Source of the DNA: a virus
Taxonomy: Duplodnaviria; Heunggongvirae; Uroviricota; Caudoviricetes
Reading direction: 5' to 3' (one strand)
Length of the DNA: 64,000 bases
IMG/VR virus record: IMGVR_UViG_3300017971_000191
Of this stretch, positions 37,895 to 48,088 are shown piece by piece. The translations under genes were made by a program, and so were the position numbers. Each line of letters starts with the position of its first letter. The stretch's first letter is position 1. The notes below the pieces were generated by a model. The model ran no database searches, was not told where the DNA came from, and saw only the letters and a list, made by a program, of their open reading frames with translations.

Positions 37895-38455
37895 CTAGAA
37901 AGCTCCCTGGTTGGCAGCCTCGATGAGGCCTTCGATGAAACTCTCGTGAGCCTGCTCGTGATCGCCATCGGCGTCGTCGAGCATCTCCTCCCATTCCTCC
38001 GCGGTCGGCTGCCAGAGATCCACGCAACAGGGGACGGTCTCGCCGTCCCAGTGGTCGTCCAGCGCATCCTCGACGAGTTTGCCGAACCGGTAGGCGTGTA
38101 TGTAGCTCGACGGCGGCGTGTCACCATCGGATTGAAGTAGGAGCTGGTCTATTCGATCCCGCTCCATCTCGTACTGATAGTCAGCCGCGTCGTACAACGC
38201 ATCGGTGAGAAACTCCGCCTCGTTGGGCGGGTCCGGGACAGTGCCAGGGATACTGCGGAGGAAGTGCATCTCGAAGCTGGGCATCAGCTCGCAACAATGC
38301 ACATGCCTCCGCTCGTCGAAGACGTAGACGGCAAGGATGACGCCGCCACAGGCCTCTACCAGGTCGGAATCACCCCACAACAGGGTCTCGTCCTGGATGT
38401 ACAGCATCCCTCTCGGGATGATCAGATCCGGCTTTGGAGCTGTTGCCACTGTCAC
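37895..38455 (-). CDS. Hypothetical acidic protein
   Basis: 186 aa, GGAGG RBS. Confidence 0.55.
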   Translation of the reverse strand: MTVATAPKPDLIIPRGMLYIQDETLLWGDSDLVEACGGVILAVYVFDERRHVHCCELMPSFEMHFLRSIPGTVPDPPNEAEFLTDALYDAADYQYEMERDRIDQLLLQSDGDTPPSSYIHAYRFGKLVEDALDDHWDGETVPCCVDLWQPTAEEWEEMLDDADGDHEQAHESFIEGLIEAANQGAF

Positions 38456-38822
38456 TCGTTACCCTCCGAAAAGCGCCGACGTCCACCTGGAACTCGGCAA
38501 CCGTCGTGATCCCGAAACCGACGTTCATCCAGTCGTCGGGACCGCCCACTTCCTCCTGGAGGAAGCGCTTCAACTCGCGTTTGAACCCCTCAACGGAAAA
38601 CGCAGGACCGCAAGTGTCCATGCCGGTGCGATCGACACACCAGAGTTTGTCCATGAACTCCCAGCCAGGCGGATCATCCCCGCTGCCCAGATGGGGGAAC
38701 GGGAACGGCGGCATCGCTTCGATCCACTCCAAGTTCAGGATCACGAATGGCCGCTTGCCCTGCTTGAGGGCTTTCTCGGTCTGAAGATTGTTCATCGCGA
38801 CGATGGTTGATAAGCCGTACAT
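38370..38822 (-). CDS. Hypothetical protein
   Basis: ORF tiling. Confidence 0.5.
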   Translation of the reverse strand: MYGLSTIVAMNNLQTEKALKQGKRPFVILNLEWIEAMPPFPFPHLGSGDDPPGWEFMDKLWCVDRTGMDTCGPAFSVEGFKRELKRFLQEEVGGPDDWMNVGFGITTVAEFQVDVGAFRRVTSDSGNSSKAGSDHPERDAVHPGRDPVVG

Positions 38823-38857
38823 CCTGACCTTTCAGAATGGACTGCCCGATCGCCAGG

Positions 38858-39472
38858 TCAACTAGAAGGTCCTCGATGTGGCCGAGGCGGCGCCGGGGAG
38901 GAAGCCCCTCTAGGTGGTCGTTGACTCTTCTCAGCAAGCCGCTCAAGAGCGTCCTCTGCGAAGGGTTCAGCGTCAAAGGCGTCATCCGGTTCGGCGACTG
39001 TGTCATCGAGTCCCTCTCGACAAGCCGGGCAGTAGAGTTCGTTGTCTTGCTCCCATCTCCAGGCGTCTCGGGTCTTGCCTGACTTCTTACAGCCGTGGCA
39101 GTCGTAGACGGGGGAGCACTCTTCTTGGGCCACATCTACAAGCGTGACCTGACCAATGTGTGTGCCGGTTTCCGCGAGAATCCCACGCTCCATGAGGAGC
39201 TTGACCAGAGGAGTCTCCGGCAGCACGAAAAACTGAAGGGGACCGGCCGACGCCCGCCGGGCAGGCGTCGACATCAACAGCGAGATCGCAGAACCGCGAA
39301 CTCGCTTCTTGTCCTTATCGAGGACGTACAAACTGAACCCGACCTCCTCGACAATCGCCAGGTTCCAGATCTCCGCGCCGGTATCTGTTACCACCGGAGG
39401 GAAGATGGGAATGAATCTTGTCATGGTACTTTCTGGTCCCGGAACTCTTCGCCCAGGTCCTTGAGGAATCAC
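38858..39472 (-). CDS. Hypothetical protein with CxxC pairs
   Basis: CHGC...CPAC. Confidence 0.5.
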   Translation of the reverse strand: MIPQGPGRRVPGPESTMTRFIPIFPPVVTDTGAEIWNLAIVEEVGFSLYVLDKDKKRVRGSAISLLMSTPARRASAGPLQFFVLPETPLVKLLMERGILAETGTHIGQVTLVDVAQEECSPVYDCHGCKKSGKTRDAWRWEQDNELYCPACREGLDDTVAEPDDAFDAEPFAEDALERLAEKSQRPPRGASSPAPPRPHRGPSS

Positions 39473-39924
39473 TTACGCTTGACCGTTTTCTTCTTTTTTG
39501 CCCGCGGCTCGGGGCTTCGGCTGTTGGGGCCGAGGGGGCCATAATATCTATCCCAGCGTACAGGGTCCTTGGCATGCAAGGCGCACGACTGTTCGGCCGG
39601 CCCCCGTTTTCGGTGCCGGCTGAGAATTGTGGCGAAGTCGCCAAAGAAGGCATACCATGCGGTTGGCAATCCATACTTGGAGCGAGACTCTCGAACGAAG
39701 TAGCGACCGCAGACCGTACTCCAGGTGCGATGGTGAGTCGCTAGCGACTCACCCTTCTTAGGCGTCTTGTACCATGTCAAGCCGCCGATTTCAACCGTCC
39801 GCCGCTTCCGTTTTTTCTTCGGCTCCGGCGGCGATTCAGGCTCCTCTTGGGTTGCACTCGATTTATCGTCAATGGCCTCGGAGGGCATCTCCTCGAAATA
39901 GAGTGCAAGTTCGTCATCATCCAT
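39469..39924 (-). CDS. Hypothetical protein
   Basis: 151 aa, acidic N-terminus and basic remainder. Confidence 0.55.
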   Translation of the reverse strand: MDDDELALYFEEMPSEAIDDKSSATQEEPESPPEPKKKRKRRTVEIGGLTWYKTPKKGESLATHHRTWSTVCGRYFVRESRSKYGLPTAWYAFFGDFATILSRHRKRGPAEQSCALHAKDPVRWDRYYGPLGPNSRSPEPRAKKKKTVKRK

Positions 39925-39943
39925 CAGGCTGTGCCTGCGCGCA

Positions 39944-39978
39944 GAAGGACACGCCGCCGCGAAGACGTCGTGTCCTTC
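39944..39978 (-). terminator. Stem-loop downstream of the peptidase gene
   Basis: gaaggacacg...cgtgtccttc, a 10-bp perfect stem. Confidence 0.45.
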
Positions 39979-40005
39979 GTTGTATTACCGCTACAACAGC
40001 AGCCG

Positions 40006-40914
40006 CTAGTGCTGGCCGAACAGGCCCCACCACTCCTTGCCGGCTACGCCGCTGAAGCCGGAGAGGCCGTAGACTTCCGTCTGGCCGCTCTGGAGGTCGC
40101 GTTCCAGGTCCTGGCGTAGAATCCAGGCACCACCCAGAGGCTCCCCATTGTCGGGCCCGGCGTGACGCTCTTTGCCCCAGGAGTTGAGGCAGAAAGCGGC
40201 CTCGAAGGGCTCGTCCATCCAGGCCAACAAGCAGACCTGGTGGCCGCCCATTCCGCGACCCTTCCGCATCACGCGGTAGCCCTTGTACTCGACCGCCGAA
40301 TCCCCGTAGTCCCACATGATGGCGTAGGTGCAGGGATTGTAGTTGATCAGACCTGTTCGCATCTGATCGGTCGAGGTAAGCCTGGACGCCTGCTTGACGA
40401 GGTTGTCGCGGGCGATCCCCTTGAACTGGTCGGGAGGACCACGACGACCCCAGGAGTCGGCCAGGTTGCCGCTGTACCGCGGACACCCTTCGTCGTCGAC
40501 GAAGAGCATGCCGTACTTCATCATGGCCGTGGCAGCCCAAGCCCCGGTGGAGCCGGCCTGCCTGCCGAGCTGGCCGTTGCCGCAGTCAGGAGCACAACGG
40601 GAGATACCGTAGACGAACGGCGGGAAGATCCGATGGAACTCCTCCTCGTCCTTCAAGACGGCGATCTCATAGCAGTTGAGGTACTCCGTGGCCTGGGACG
40701 CGCCCATGCTCACGCAGTCACCCGTCTCCTGGAACCAAGTCTCCAGGTGCTTCCCGTCGTTGACTCGTTTGGCAGCCTCCCAGATGGGAGGTCCGGGCTC
40801 GGTGAGCCCCCCGTCACACATGAAGGTGACGAAGTTGTCGGAGAGCCGAGCAAACTCGTCCTCGGCGATCTCGTGTGCCCACCCGCAGAGATTCTGGATC
40901 TGTGCGTCGTCCAT
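40006..40914 (-). CDS. Papain-like (C1-type) cysteine peptidase
   Basis: Q.TGDCVS (Gln/Cys), GGHQVC (His) and NSWG (Asn). Confidence 0.85.
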   Translation of the reverse strand: MDDAQIQNLCGWAHEIAEDEFARLSDNFVTFMCDGGLTEPGPPIWEAAKRVNDGKHLETWFQETGDCVSMGASQATEYLNCYEIAVLKDEEEFHRIFPPFVYGISRCAPDCGNGQLGRQAGSTGAWAATAMMKYGMLFVDDEGCPRYSGNLADSWGRRGPPDQFKGIARDNLVKQASRLTSTDQMRTGLINYNPCTYAIMWDYGDSAVEYKGYRVMRKGRGMGGHQVCLLAWMDEPFEAAFCLNSWGKERHAGPDNGEPLGGAWILRQDLERDLQSGQTEVYGLSGFSGVAGKEWWGLFGQH

Positions 40915-40917
40915 GAC

Positions 40918-41697
40918 TCAGCGCACCTCCTTGAGACCGCGGGCGATCGAGACGATAATCGCCGCCCACGAGGCGGTGTCCTTCAAACGACCCGATTCCT
41001 CCGCCTTCCGAAGCTGCGCGTCCATGGCGGTCGAGAACTTGTACCACTTCGGCTGCTCTTCGAGAGGGATCGCCTCCGAGGAGAGGCGGGCCAACAGTAC
41101 GCGGGCGTCCTTCAGCGAGTAGTTGCTGTTGGACTTGACGGTTTCCGCTGCCTTGTCCAGTGCCGCCGCGAGCGCACGTGCTGCGTTCTGTCGGGGGCCG
41201 CCGGCCGGCATGTCTACCGTCGACTCAGCCGTAGACTTGGCCCAGTTAGCCCAATCATCCCCTGGTTGGGGTTCGGGCTGGGGGTCGTCGGGCTTCGGGT
41301 CCGGTGTTGGACCAGGACCTGGACCCGGACCAGGACCAGGAGGCGGCTGCGGGGTATCACCCTCCGCGTTGATCAGCGTGTGGGTGATCTGTTTGATTCC
41401 CTCGGCGTCCGAGACGGCGAGGACGAAGACGTACGTGCCCTCCCTCCGCATAGCGAAGACGCACTTCCTGCCTTCATCGAACACAAAACAGTGGTGCTTA
41501 GCGTCCGTGGGAATCACGGACCAGGCGAAATGGGTGCCGGTCGATTTGCCGGCGTCGAGGATGGTCAGATCGCCCGGACTGACCTTTTCGGGGCCCTCGA
41601 TGACCGCCTGAGGCTCCGCCAACAAGGTTGCTGGCAACAAAGCTGCTGCAATGAGAGCTAGGCAGACGGTGAGGGCTCGGGATGAAGAAGCCTGCAT
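40918..41697 (-). CDS. Secreted protein with signal peptide, Ig/PKD-like domain and Pro-Gly linker
   Basis: Hydrophobic N-terminus ending LLA-E; LDAGKS...FAWSV...GTYVFVL; PGPGPGPGP linker. Confidence 0.7.
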   Translation of the reverse strand: MQASSSRALTVCLALIAAALLPATLLAEPQAVIEGPEKVSPGDLTILDAGKSTGTHFAWSVIPTDAKHHCFVFDEGRKCVFAMRREGTYVFVLAVSDAEGIKQITHTLINAEGDTPQPPPGPGPGPGPGPTPDPKPDDPQPEPQPGDDWANWAKSTAESTVDMPAGGPRQNAARALAAALDKAAETVKSNSNYSLKDARVLLARLSSEAIPLEEQPKWYKFSTAMDAQLRKAEESGRLKDTASWAAIIVSIARGLKEVR

Positions 41698-41817
41698 CGG
41701 GAGCGCTCCGTTGCGAGGTTAGCAGGCCGCTTGGAAGGCCACAGAGGCCTCCCTGCGTCCACCTGCGTAGCTACGGAGGTATATCCTGACTTGCCGGGGT
41801 AAGAGAAGCAACCCCAA

Positions 41818-42555
41818 TCAGTCGCCTTCTCGAAGACGGGTCCAGTTCTCGTAACAGACAGGGCACGTCAGCAGATCGTGCTCGTCTTCCCCATCCCAAC
41901 CCCCGCAAGCCCACTCTGGAGGATGCTCCTTGGAGACCTCGTTGACGCGGTTGCTGGGGTTGGCCCGACAGGCCTCGTCGAACATCTCATCCAGCTCGAT
42001 CCGGATAAAGGACAGATTCTCGCAGCCGTCGCTCTCCGTCCAGGCGAGCTGCTCCTTGGAGTAGCTCTCGAAGTATTCCGGATCGGTGTCCTCCCGCTTG
42101 ACCGTGCAGAAGGTTAAGACGTTAATCACGACCGGGTGGCCGTCCATCGACTCCCCCTTGCACACGGAGACGTGGTGGGGCTTGCCGAAGATCTCCTTGC
42201 CGTCGTCCAGGAGGCGATAGGCGACCAGATAGCGACTGGGGGTCTCGTTGTGGCTGTCGAACAGCTCCAGGCGGAAGCCGGCCTTCTCCCAGATGCGGAT
42301 ACGGGTGCCGTAGCCAGGCACGTCGATCTCCAGCTCCTCCCAGTCGGGAAGGAACCGCGGGGCGATGCACTCGTCGTACCACTTCTTGGCCGCCTCCTCG
42401 GCAGTGATCCCGCGGCCGTGGTTGAAAATGGCGATCGTGTGCATCGCCTGGATCATCGTCGGCCACTTGAAGAAGAAGTCGGCCGGCGGCATGTTGGGCT
42501 CGATCAACTCGTGAACGGCCTTGCGAAACTCCTCGTCGAACTCACGTGGGGTCAC
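41818..42555 (-). CDS. Hypothetical protein
   Basis: 245-aa ORF. Confidence 0.55.
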   Translation of the reverse strand: MTPREFDEEFRKAVHELIEPNMPPADFFFKWPTMIQAMHTIAIFNHGRGITAEEAAKKWYDECIAPRFLPDWEELEIDVPGYGTRIRIWEKAGFRLELFDSHNETPSRYLVAYRLLDDGKEIFGKPHHVSVCKGESMDGHPVVINVLTFCTVKREDTDPEYFESYSKEQLAWTESDGCENLSFIRIELDEMFDEACRANPSNRVNEVSKEHPPEWACGGWDGEDEHDLLTCPVCYENWTRLREGD

Positions 42556-43003
42556 AGTCCTTCTTCTCCTCGAATATGCCCAGGAAGGTTGCGATCACCT
42601 TCCAGCCCAACTCGCTCAGACGGTCCCGGATGCACTTCTCGAAGGAGTTTAGAAACTCCTCCGCCCTCTCCCTCGACCAGTCGGGACGTAGGGTTAGGAC
42701 GTCGTCCACCACCCAGGACAACTCAGCGAACTTGGTGTCGTCCGTGGTAGTATCCCGGGCGGCGTTCTGCAAAGCCTGCGACCAGCCCACGAACTCCCCA
42801 GCGATCGAAGCCACGTAGGCGTCGTTCTTCTCGTCGTCGGGGCAACTGTCCAGGGCATCGGTGACACACTCGTGAATGGCGCGGGCTTCGCTTTGGCAGC
42901 TCTTGTCCATGCTGCGCAGCAGCTCTTCCACTCGCTCGGAGATCATGATCCCTCCGGTTTGCCGATGAGGGCCCGAATGAGAGCCACGGCGTCGTCGCCC
43001 CAC
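42542..43003 (-). CDS. Hypothetical protein (true start probably MISERV)
   Basis: ORF tiling. Confidence 0.5.
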   Translation of the reverse strand: MGRRRRGSHSGPHRQTGGIMISERVEELLRSMDKSCQSEARAIHECVTDALDSCPDDEKNDAYVASIAGEFVGWSQALQNAARDTTTDDTKFAELSWVVDDVLTLRPDWSRERAEEFLNSFEKCIRDRLSELGWKVIATFLGIFEEKKDCDPT

Positions 43004-43600
43004 TGCCTGGCAACGGCCTGGGCTGTGGACTCCGTCTTACCGGGCTTGACGATCTTGTCGTCGAACTTGATCACGTCAAAGCCTGTCAGCATGTCGAAGT
43101 AGGGCTTCAGCCGGCGGCCGAACACCCGTTGGAACTCGCGAGCATGCTTCTCGTAGCGTTCCTTGTTACGCAACGCAAACTCAGGTAGAGTCGCCACCTG
43201 GTTCCTCCGTTTCAGGGCAGTGGTAGCACCGCGCCTTGCGTTTGGGTTCTTTGCTCCGCTTGCAGTGGACCTCGTGGCCACACTCCAAGGTGAGCATCAC
43301 GGAGCCGCCGCCTCGCGGCGTCGAGGGATGCGCGTAGTATTCACGGCCCGTGATCCTCCGCAGGGGACGCCGCTCGGGCATCCTTATGGTTTCCAGCTCG
43401 GACCAATGCTTGGCCAAGATTTCCTCCTTCAGGTCAACTCCCCGAGACCCTTCGGGGGCACCCGGGAATCTGTTTGGACGGCCTTGATGCTCTTGACCGC
43501 TCGCTGTCCTCGGCAGACGGAGCAGATGCCGGGCTCTATGAGGCGATCCGACTCGACCACGGACTCGCGGCCACCGCATCTGGGGCAGTAGGTTGTGATC

Positions 43601-43870
43601 CTAAGCAAGACCAAGCTCCTTTCGGATGTCGGTTCTCGCGTTCAACAGCCGCTGGTAAGCCAGCAACTCGCGCTTCTCGTTCTCCTCCTTTTCGGGGTCG
43701 ATCTCGAAATACTCGTGGAGGAGCTTGTCGACGTGGAGGTCGGCGACCTCGGCGTCGTTGTGCATCTCGATCAGCCAGTCAAGAAACTCGCCGATCTTCT
43801 GTGAATCCACCCGAACAGCCTGGACCCGCTCAAGGGTCGGGACTTTGGGAGGCAAGAGTACGTCAGCCAT
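43601..43870 (-). CDS. Hypothetical protein
   Basis: SQKIGEFLDWL...LLHEYFEID. Confidence 0.6.
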   Translation of the reverse strand: MADVLLPPKVPTLERVQAVRVDSQKIGEFLDWLIEMHNDAEVADLHVDKLLHEYFEIDPEKEENEKRELLAYQRLLNARTDIRKELGLA

Positions 43871-44351
43871 CGGCCTGGTTTTCTTCTTGTAGCGGTTTCA
43901 GCGGAGGGATCGTCGTCCCGTCCGGGTTCCTCATCTGGTAGAGGAACAGGGCCTTGTGCGTCGGGTCGCGGATCTTGTCGATGATCCAGCTCCCATGCTT
44001 GGCCTTCCGCAGGTGGCGGAGCTGCGCGGAGATGCTTGCCTCCGGAGCATTGCCACCGATTCGATGGGCGATCCCGGTGAGCGTGTGCTGCTCACCGTCC
44101 GCCATGACGTTGAAGATCTTCCCGAGCTGAGTCCTCAAGCGATCGTCGTCCAAGGCCGGGTTGTAGTCCGAACCGTCGAACGGGTTGGGACTCTCGGGAC
44201 GACCCTGGTCCGCGTGTGCCAGCTCCAAGGCCTCGTCGACTTTCTTACGGACATCGGGCCAGTCGTCCGCGCTCTCCTCGTCGCAAAACGCCTTCACGGC
44301 CTCCAAGGCCGTCGTCATTGCCGCTGTGGTTGCGGCTCGGTAACGTGGCAT
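43863..44351 (-). CDS. Winged-HTH DNA-binding protein
   Basis: IFNVMADG..HTLTGIA...PEASISAQLRHLRK. Confidence 0.6.
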   Translation of the reverse strand: MPRYRAATTAAMTTALEAVKAFCDEESADDWPDVRKKVDEALELAHADQGRPESPNPFDGSDYNPALDDDRLRTQLGKIFNVMADGEQHTLTGIAHRIGGNAPEASISAQLRHLRKAKHGSWIIDKIRDPTHKALFLYQMRNPDGTTIPPLKPLQEENQADG

Positions 44352-44784
44352 CAGCACCTCCCGTCTTCCCAGTGTCGGTAAGCACCCTCCATCCCGGGAC
44401 CCATCGCCCATCGCGTTGCTCTCGCTGCCGACAGCGAGGATACGCGATACCCCAAATGGGAGTGATCGGCCAGGTCCTCTTCAGAGAGATAGTCGATATG
44501 ATTAGGGTTCGCCGCCGGCCGCGGAAAGGGGCACGCTCCGTTGCCGAAGGCGATGATGTGGAACTTGAGACGGTGAAGCAGATGGGAGATTTCCTCGGCA
44601 CGGTTCTTGGCAAATCCGCGCCTCGGAGGCCCCGAGAGATAGAGGAGCGACCGAAAGTGTGGATACTGAATCAGCCGCTCGGCCGCCGGCACGGACAGGC
44701 TGACGTCAAAACGCTGGGCGGCCAACTCGATGAGGTTCTCCACAACGGTGAGCACCTCAACGACCGGCTGCTGTTGCAACAAGC

Positions 44785-45495
44785 CTATGATCTTTTGGGA
44801 CATCGTTTCTTCCTCCCTCCCTGACGACGGCTTCTCCTCCCTTCCTCCTGGAGGAGTTTGGGGTCCGGAGCCGGCAAAATCGCGTCCACGCCAGCCAGGT
44901 CGGCCAGCACGTGCAGGATCTTCTCGGGCGACAAGAAGTCGGTGAGTATCTCCCGCAGTGTCGCGATTCTGTCGTTGAACTCCTGGAGCCCCTTCGTGTT
45001 CACCGGAGTAGCAGGGATGCACGCCTCGATGCGGCCTCCCTCGTCTCTGAACTCTCCCGGCCAGGGATCAATTCTCCAGCCCCGGTGTGCATACTCTTTG
45101 AGCAGCTCCTTGCCGTCCCAGGTCGTCCCCTTCTCGATGTCCCGGTATTCCAGGCAGAAGCCCGTCCCCAGGCCACGGTACGGCGTCTCCAGCCGCACGG
45201 TGACCAGGTAGTAGGACTCCCACTCGATATTGTACCTCTTGTCCAACTGGGCCCAAATGGCTCTTCTGAGGATCTCCGCGTCGGAGCCCTCGAAGTGCTC
45301 GATACCCAGCTCCGGCTCATGCACGTGGAAGCTCACCGAGAGAGTCTCGAAGGGTGGCAAGTTACGGTCGTGACCGTCATACTTGTCGTCCCGCGAGTTC
45401 TTGATGAGCCGCAGCCGCACGCACACCTTCTTCTTGTCGTCGTTCTCCGGCGCATAGTACCAGCGATCGACGACCTTGCCGTCGTACTTACTCAT
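44785..45495 (-). CDS. Hypothetical protein
   Basis: 236-aa ORF. Confidence 0.6.
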   Translation of the reverse strand: MSKYDGKVVDRWYYAPENDDKKKVCVRLRLIKNSRDDKYDGHDRNLPPFETLSVSFHVHEPELGIEHFEGSDAEILRRAIWAQLDKRYNIEWESYYLVTVRLETPYRGLGTGFCLEYRDIEKGTTWDGKELLKEYAHRGWRIDPWPGEFRDEGGRIEACIPATPVNTKGLQEFNDRIATLREILTDFLSPEKILHVLADLAGVDAILPAPDPKLLQEEGRRSRRQGGRKKRCPKRS

Positions 45496-45507
45496 TGGCA
45501 GTTGTTC

Positions 45508-46305
45508 CTAGTCTCCACTGCCGTTCGATCCCCCGATCAGGTTGTGGAGAGTTTCCAAGGCCTTGACGGCCTCTCGCGCCTCTTTGTCCTGCTCATTCGC
45601 CTCCTCCAGCTCCAGCTCCTCCGTGTCGAGGGTGGCCAGTTTCTCTTTGGCGGCGACGAGCCTTCCCTTCAGCTCCTGAACCATCTCCTGGTAGGTGGTT
45701 CGACGCTGCTGGATCTCACGGATCTGTTGCTTCCGCTTGTCGAGGCGGCCGGCCAGGGCCTCCAGCTTGGAGATGCGACTGACCAACTGCCGGCCCAAAG
45801 AACTAGCCCCCTCGGAGTCGACTTCCTCCACGATGCCGGCGCCGAAGCGCTGCTCGGCAGTCGGCGTGGGCTTGGTCTTCGCGGTGGGCTGCGGGGCCTC
45901 AGGGGTGAGCGCCTTCTTGAGGGCGGCGCCGAGCGGCTGGGTGAGAGGCGTGTCGGGCGGCTTCAGATAGGCCCGCATCGACTTGAAGACCGCCTCGATC
46001 TTGCGCGGGGGAGTGACGAGGCCATACTCCCAGGTGCCGTCGTTGCCGCTATCCGGCGGCTTGACCGTCAGATGGAGAATGTTCCTCTCGTAGCGGCCTA
46101 CCCGTATCGCCGGATCGGGCTTGCCCATCCACCTCGTCTTTGCCAGCGGGACCAACGTGAAGGGGCCGGTGAAATTGAGGTTGGTTAAAGCCGTCTTCAC
46201 GAGATCGAAGGCTTGGCCCCAGGCTTTTTGGTCCCCCCTCCTCACCACTGGCTTCTTCACCTCCAGCTTGAACTGTAGTTCCGCTTTGTCCGTCGTCGTT
46301 GACAT
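45508..46305 (-). CDS. Hypothetical coiled-coil protein
   Basis: GGAGG RBS; C-terminal heptads. Confidence 0.6.
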   Translation of the reverse strand: MSTTTDKAELQFKLEVKKPVVRRGDQKAWGQAFDLVKTALTNLNFTGPFTLVPLAKTRWMGKPDPAIRVGRYERNILHLTVKPPDSGNDGTWEYGLVTPPRKIEAVFKSMRAYLKPPDTPLTQPLGAALKKALTPEAPQPTAKTKPTPTAEQRFGAGIVEEVDSEGASSLGRQLVSRISKLEALAGRLDKRKQQIREIQQRRTTYQEMVQELKGRLVAAKEKLATLDTEELELEEANEQDKEAREAVKALETLHNLIGGSNGSGD

Positions 46306-46681
46306 GAAACTCCCCTCCAGAAATGGTGACAAGAAAACACGCAGGACAAGTGCCCTCGCCCGCGGTGGGCGGAATACGGGCACCGCACATCTCGCAGAAA
46401 TCCTTCCCGGCGGCACGGACCAACTCGTTGTCGGCCAGCGAGCATCTCCACACGCAATTCCCATGCCGGGGATTGCCCTGGAAGACGCCGGGAAGGGTGA
46501 AGTCCACGCAGTTGAATTGGCCGCGTCCACTACCTCGGTGGACAGCGGGAACGTCGACCTGGGCCACCACACCTACCTGGCCCGGGTGGATGACGACTTT
46601 GGGGTTGCCGCCGTAGCCCGAGTAGTACGGCTCGGCATCGGCTTTCGAGGTGACTTTGTCACCCACGCGAAACTTACTCAT
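46049..46681 (-). CDS. Hypothetical protein (SH3/KOW-like start)
   Basis: MSKFRVGDKV; the 3' part overlaps the next gene. Confidence 0.45.
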   Translation of the reverse strand: MSKFRVGDKVTSKADAEPYYSGYGGNPKVVIHPGQVGVVAQVDVPAVHRGSGRGQFNCVDFTLPGVFQGNPRHGNCVWRCSLADNELVRAAGKDFCEMCGARIPPTAGEGTCPACFLVTISGGEFHVNDDGQSGTTVQAGGEEASGEEGGPKSLGPSLRSREDGFNQPQFHRPLHVGPAGKDEVDGQARSGDTGRPLREEHSPSDGQAAG

Positions 46682-46725
46682 AGGCTCCTACCATTATATG
46701 TTCGCGCCGGAGCCGCGATGTGCGG

Positions 46726-47223
46726 CTACCAGAAGTTGGCCGAGACGAAATCCTCGGCCTCGTCGTCGTTGAGCTGAAAGCCAAAATAACGACGACGGGG
46801 AGTAGTCGTCTCGATGATGCGGAACTGCTTCCGCCTCCGATGGACGACGTGTTGGGTGTCCACCAGCCAGGTGTGCTGGCGCCAGATGCCGTCGTCGCTC
46901 ATGGCATAGCCGGTAACGAGCTTCAACCGCGGACGGTTGTTGTCGTACAGCTCCGCCGAGTTGGCGTGGCATTGGCAGGCCCTTCCCCGCATCATCCGCA
47001 AGCTCCATCCGGCTTGAATGTAGCCGCGAGTGATGATGGCGTCGAGATCCGACTCGATAGTGGGCAGTATGGCGAACTCCCCGCCGTGGCTAAGAAGGAG
47101 CTTCAGCAGGGGTTTCAGCTCGGGGTGCTCCCGCAAGACGTTGCGGGTTCTCCGCACCAGAAACCTCCGCTGCTCCGGGTCAATCCGTCTCCGGCTCTGG
47201 CGGCGTGTGGCCGTCGCTGGCAT
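46726..47223 (-). CDS. Hypothetical protein with transglutaminase-like Cys-His-Glu motifs
   Basis: QCHANS, TGYA, QHTW, IIETT and YFG. Confidence 0.55.
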   Translation of the reverse strand: MPATATRRQSRRRIDPEQRRFLVRRTRNVLREHPELKPLLKLLLSHGGEFAILPTIESDLDAIITRGYIQAGWSLRMMRGRACQCHANSAELYDNNRPRLKLVTGYAMSDDGIWRQHTWLVDTQHVVHRRRKQFRIIETTTPRRRYFGFQLNDDEAEDFVSANFW

Positions 47224-47815
47224 CGTCGCTGTCTCCGTAGAAGAGTTCGTCGAGGTTGACTTGATCGTCGTCCGGCGGATTGTCGTCGTCGCCGCCGATG
47301 CCGATTACCCCCTGGAACTGCGAAGGCAGTCCTAGCTTCTGGACAATATCCTTGGTGCGCTTCTGCATCTCCTTACGGAATTGCATTTGCCGCATTTCAC
47401 GGACCTCTGGCGGCACGAAGGCGTGGTCGATGATTCCGATGCCGATCTGAAAGGAGCGGAGCCGCCAGATGACGGCCGACTGGCAGTCCCAACTCTCCTC
47501 GTGGGTCCGCAGCATGGCGTCCCAGTATTCTCGGAGCTGCCGCATCCCGAACCACGCTTGGTACATGTCCACCAAGGCGACCGACAGGTAGTGCCGCTCG
47601 TCGGGGATTGGTGGCAGGTCGTCGGGAAAGAGCTTCTGGTCGTGCTGGGCCATCATCAGCTCGTCGGCCCATGGCTGATAGTGTTCAAGCCATTCCTTCA
47701 GCTCGCGGAAGTAGTCCAACATCCGCGGGACGGTGGCGATGTCCCGTGGAAACGGTGGCGATTGTACGTCGTAGACGTCGAACGACATAGTCAGTCCTTG
47801 TGCTCCGGGTGCCAC
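47180..47815 (-). CDS. Hypothetical protein
   Basis: Probable start MSFDVY. Confidence 0.55.
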   Translation of the reverse strand: MAPGAQGLTMSFDVYDVQSPPFPRDIATVPRMLDYFRELKEWLEHYQPWADELMMAQHDQKLFPDDLPPIPDERHYLSVALVDMYQAWFGMRQLREYWDAMLRTHEESWDCQSAVIWRLRSFQIGIGIIDHAFVPPEVREMRQMQFRKEMQKRTKDIVQKLGLPSQFQGVIGIGGDDDNPPDDDQVNLDELFYGDSDDASDGHTPPEPETD

Positions 47816-48069
47816 TTCTCGACACCCTCGGTCCAGTTCTCGATGGCCTTCTCCTGCCTCGGCGTGACCCGCTGGTTCTGCAAGATCGTCTTGCGAACTT
47901 CGGAGGCCCGCTCGTAGACGTCGGCCAGAAAATCTTCACCCCGCTCGTAGACGTCGGAGTAGCTGTCCTCCAGATCGTCGATCAGTGAAAGAAGGCGGTC
48001 GATGTCCTCGATCGCTCCGCTCCATGGCTGATCGTCGTCAAAGGAGTCGTCTTCAAAGTCGTTGCTCAT
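47791..48069 (-). CDS. Small acidic hypothetical protein
   Basis: ATG directly follows palindrome copy 4. Confidence 0.6.
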   Translation of the reverse strand: MSNDFEDDSFDDDQPWSGAIEDIDRLLSLIDDLEDSYSDVYERGEDFLADVYERASEVRKTILQNQRVTPRQEKAIENWTEGVEKWHPEHKD

Positions 48070-48087
48070 CTCAAAACCGCTTTTGAG
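48070..48087. repeat. Intergenic palindromic element, copy 4
   Basis: CTCAAAACCGCTTTTGAG between the stop at 48089 and the ATG at 48069. Confidence 0.9.
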
Positions 48088-48088
48088 G

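Noticed and set aside
41300-41350. ggacca/ggacct hexamer repeats
   Set aside because: They encode the Pro-Gly linker.
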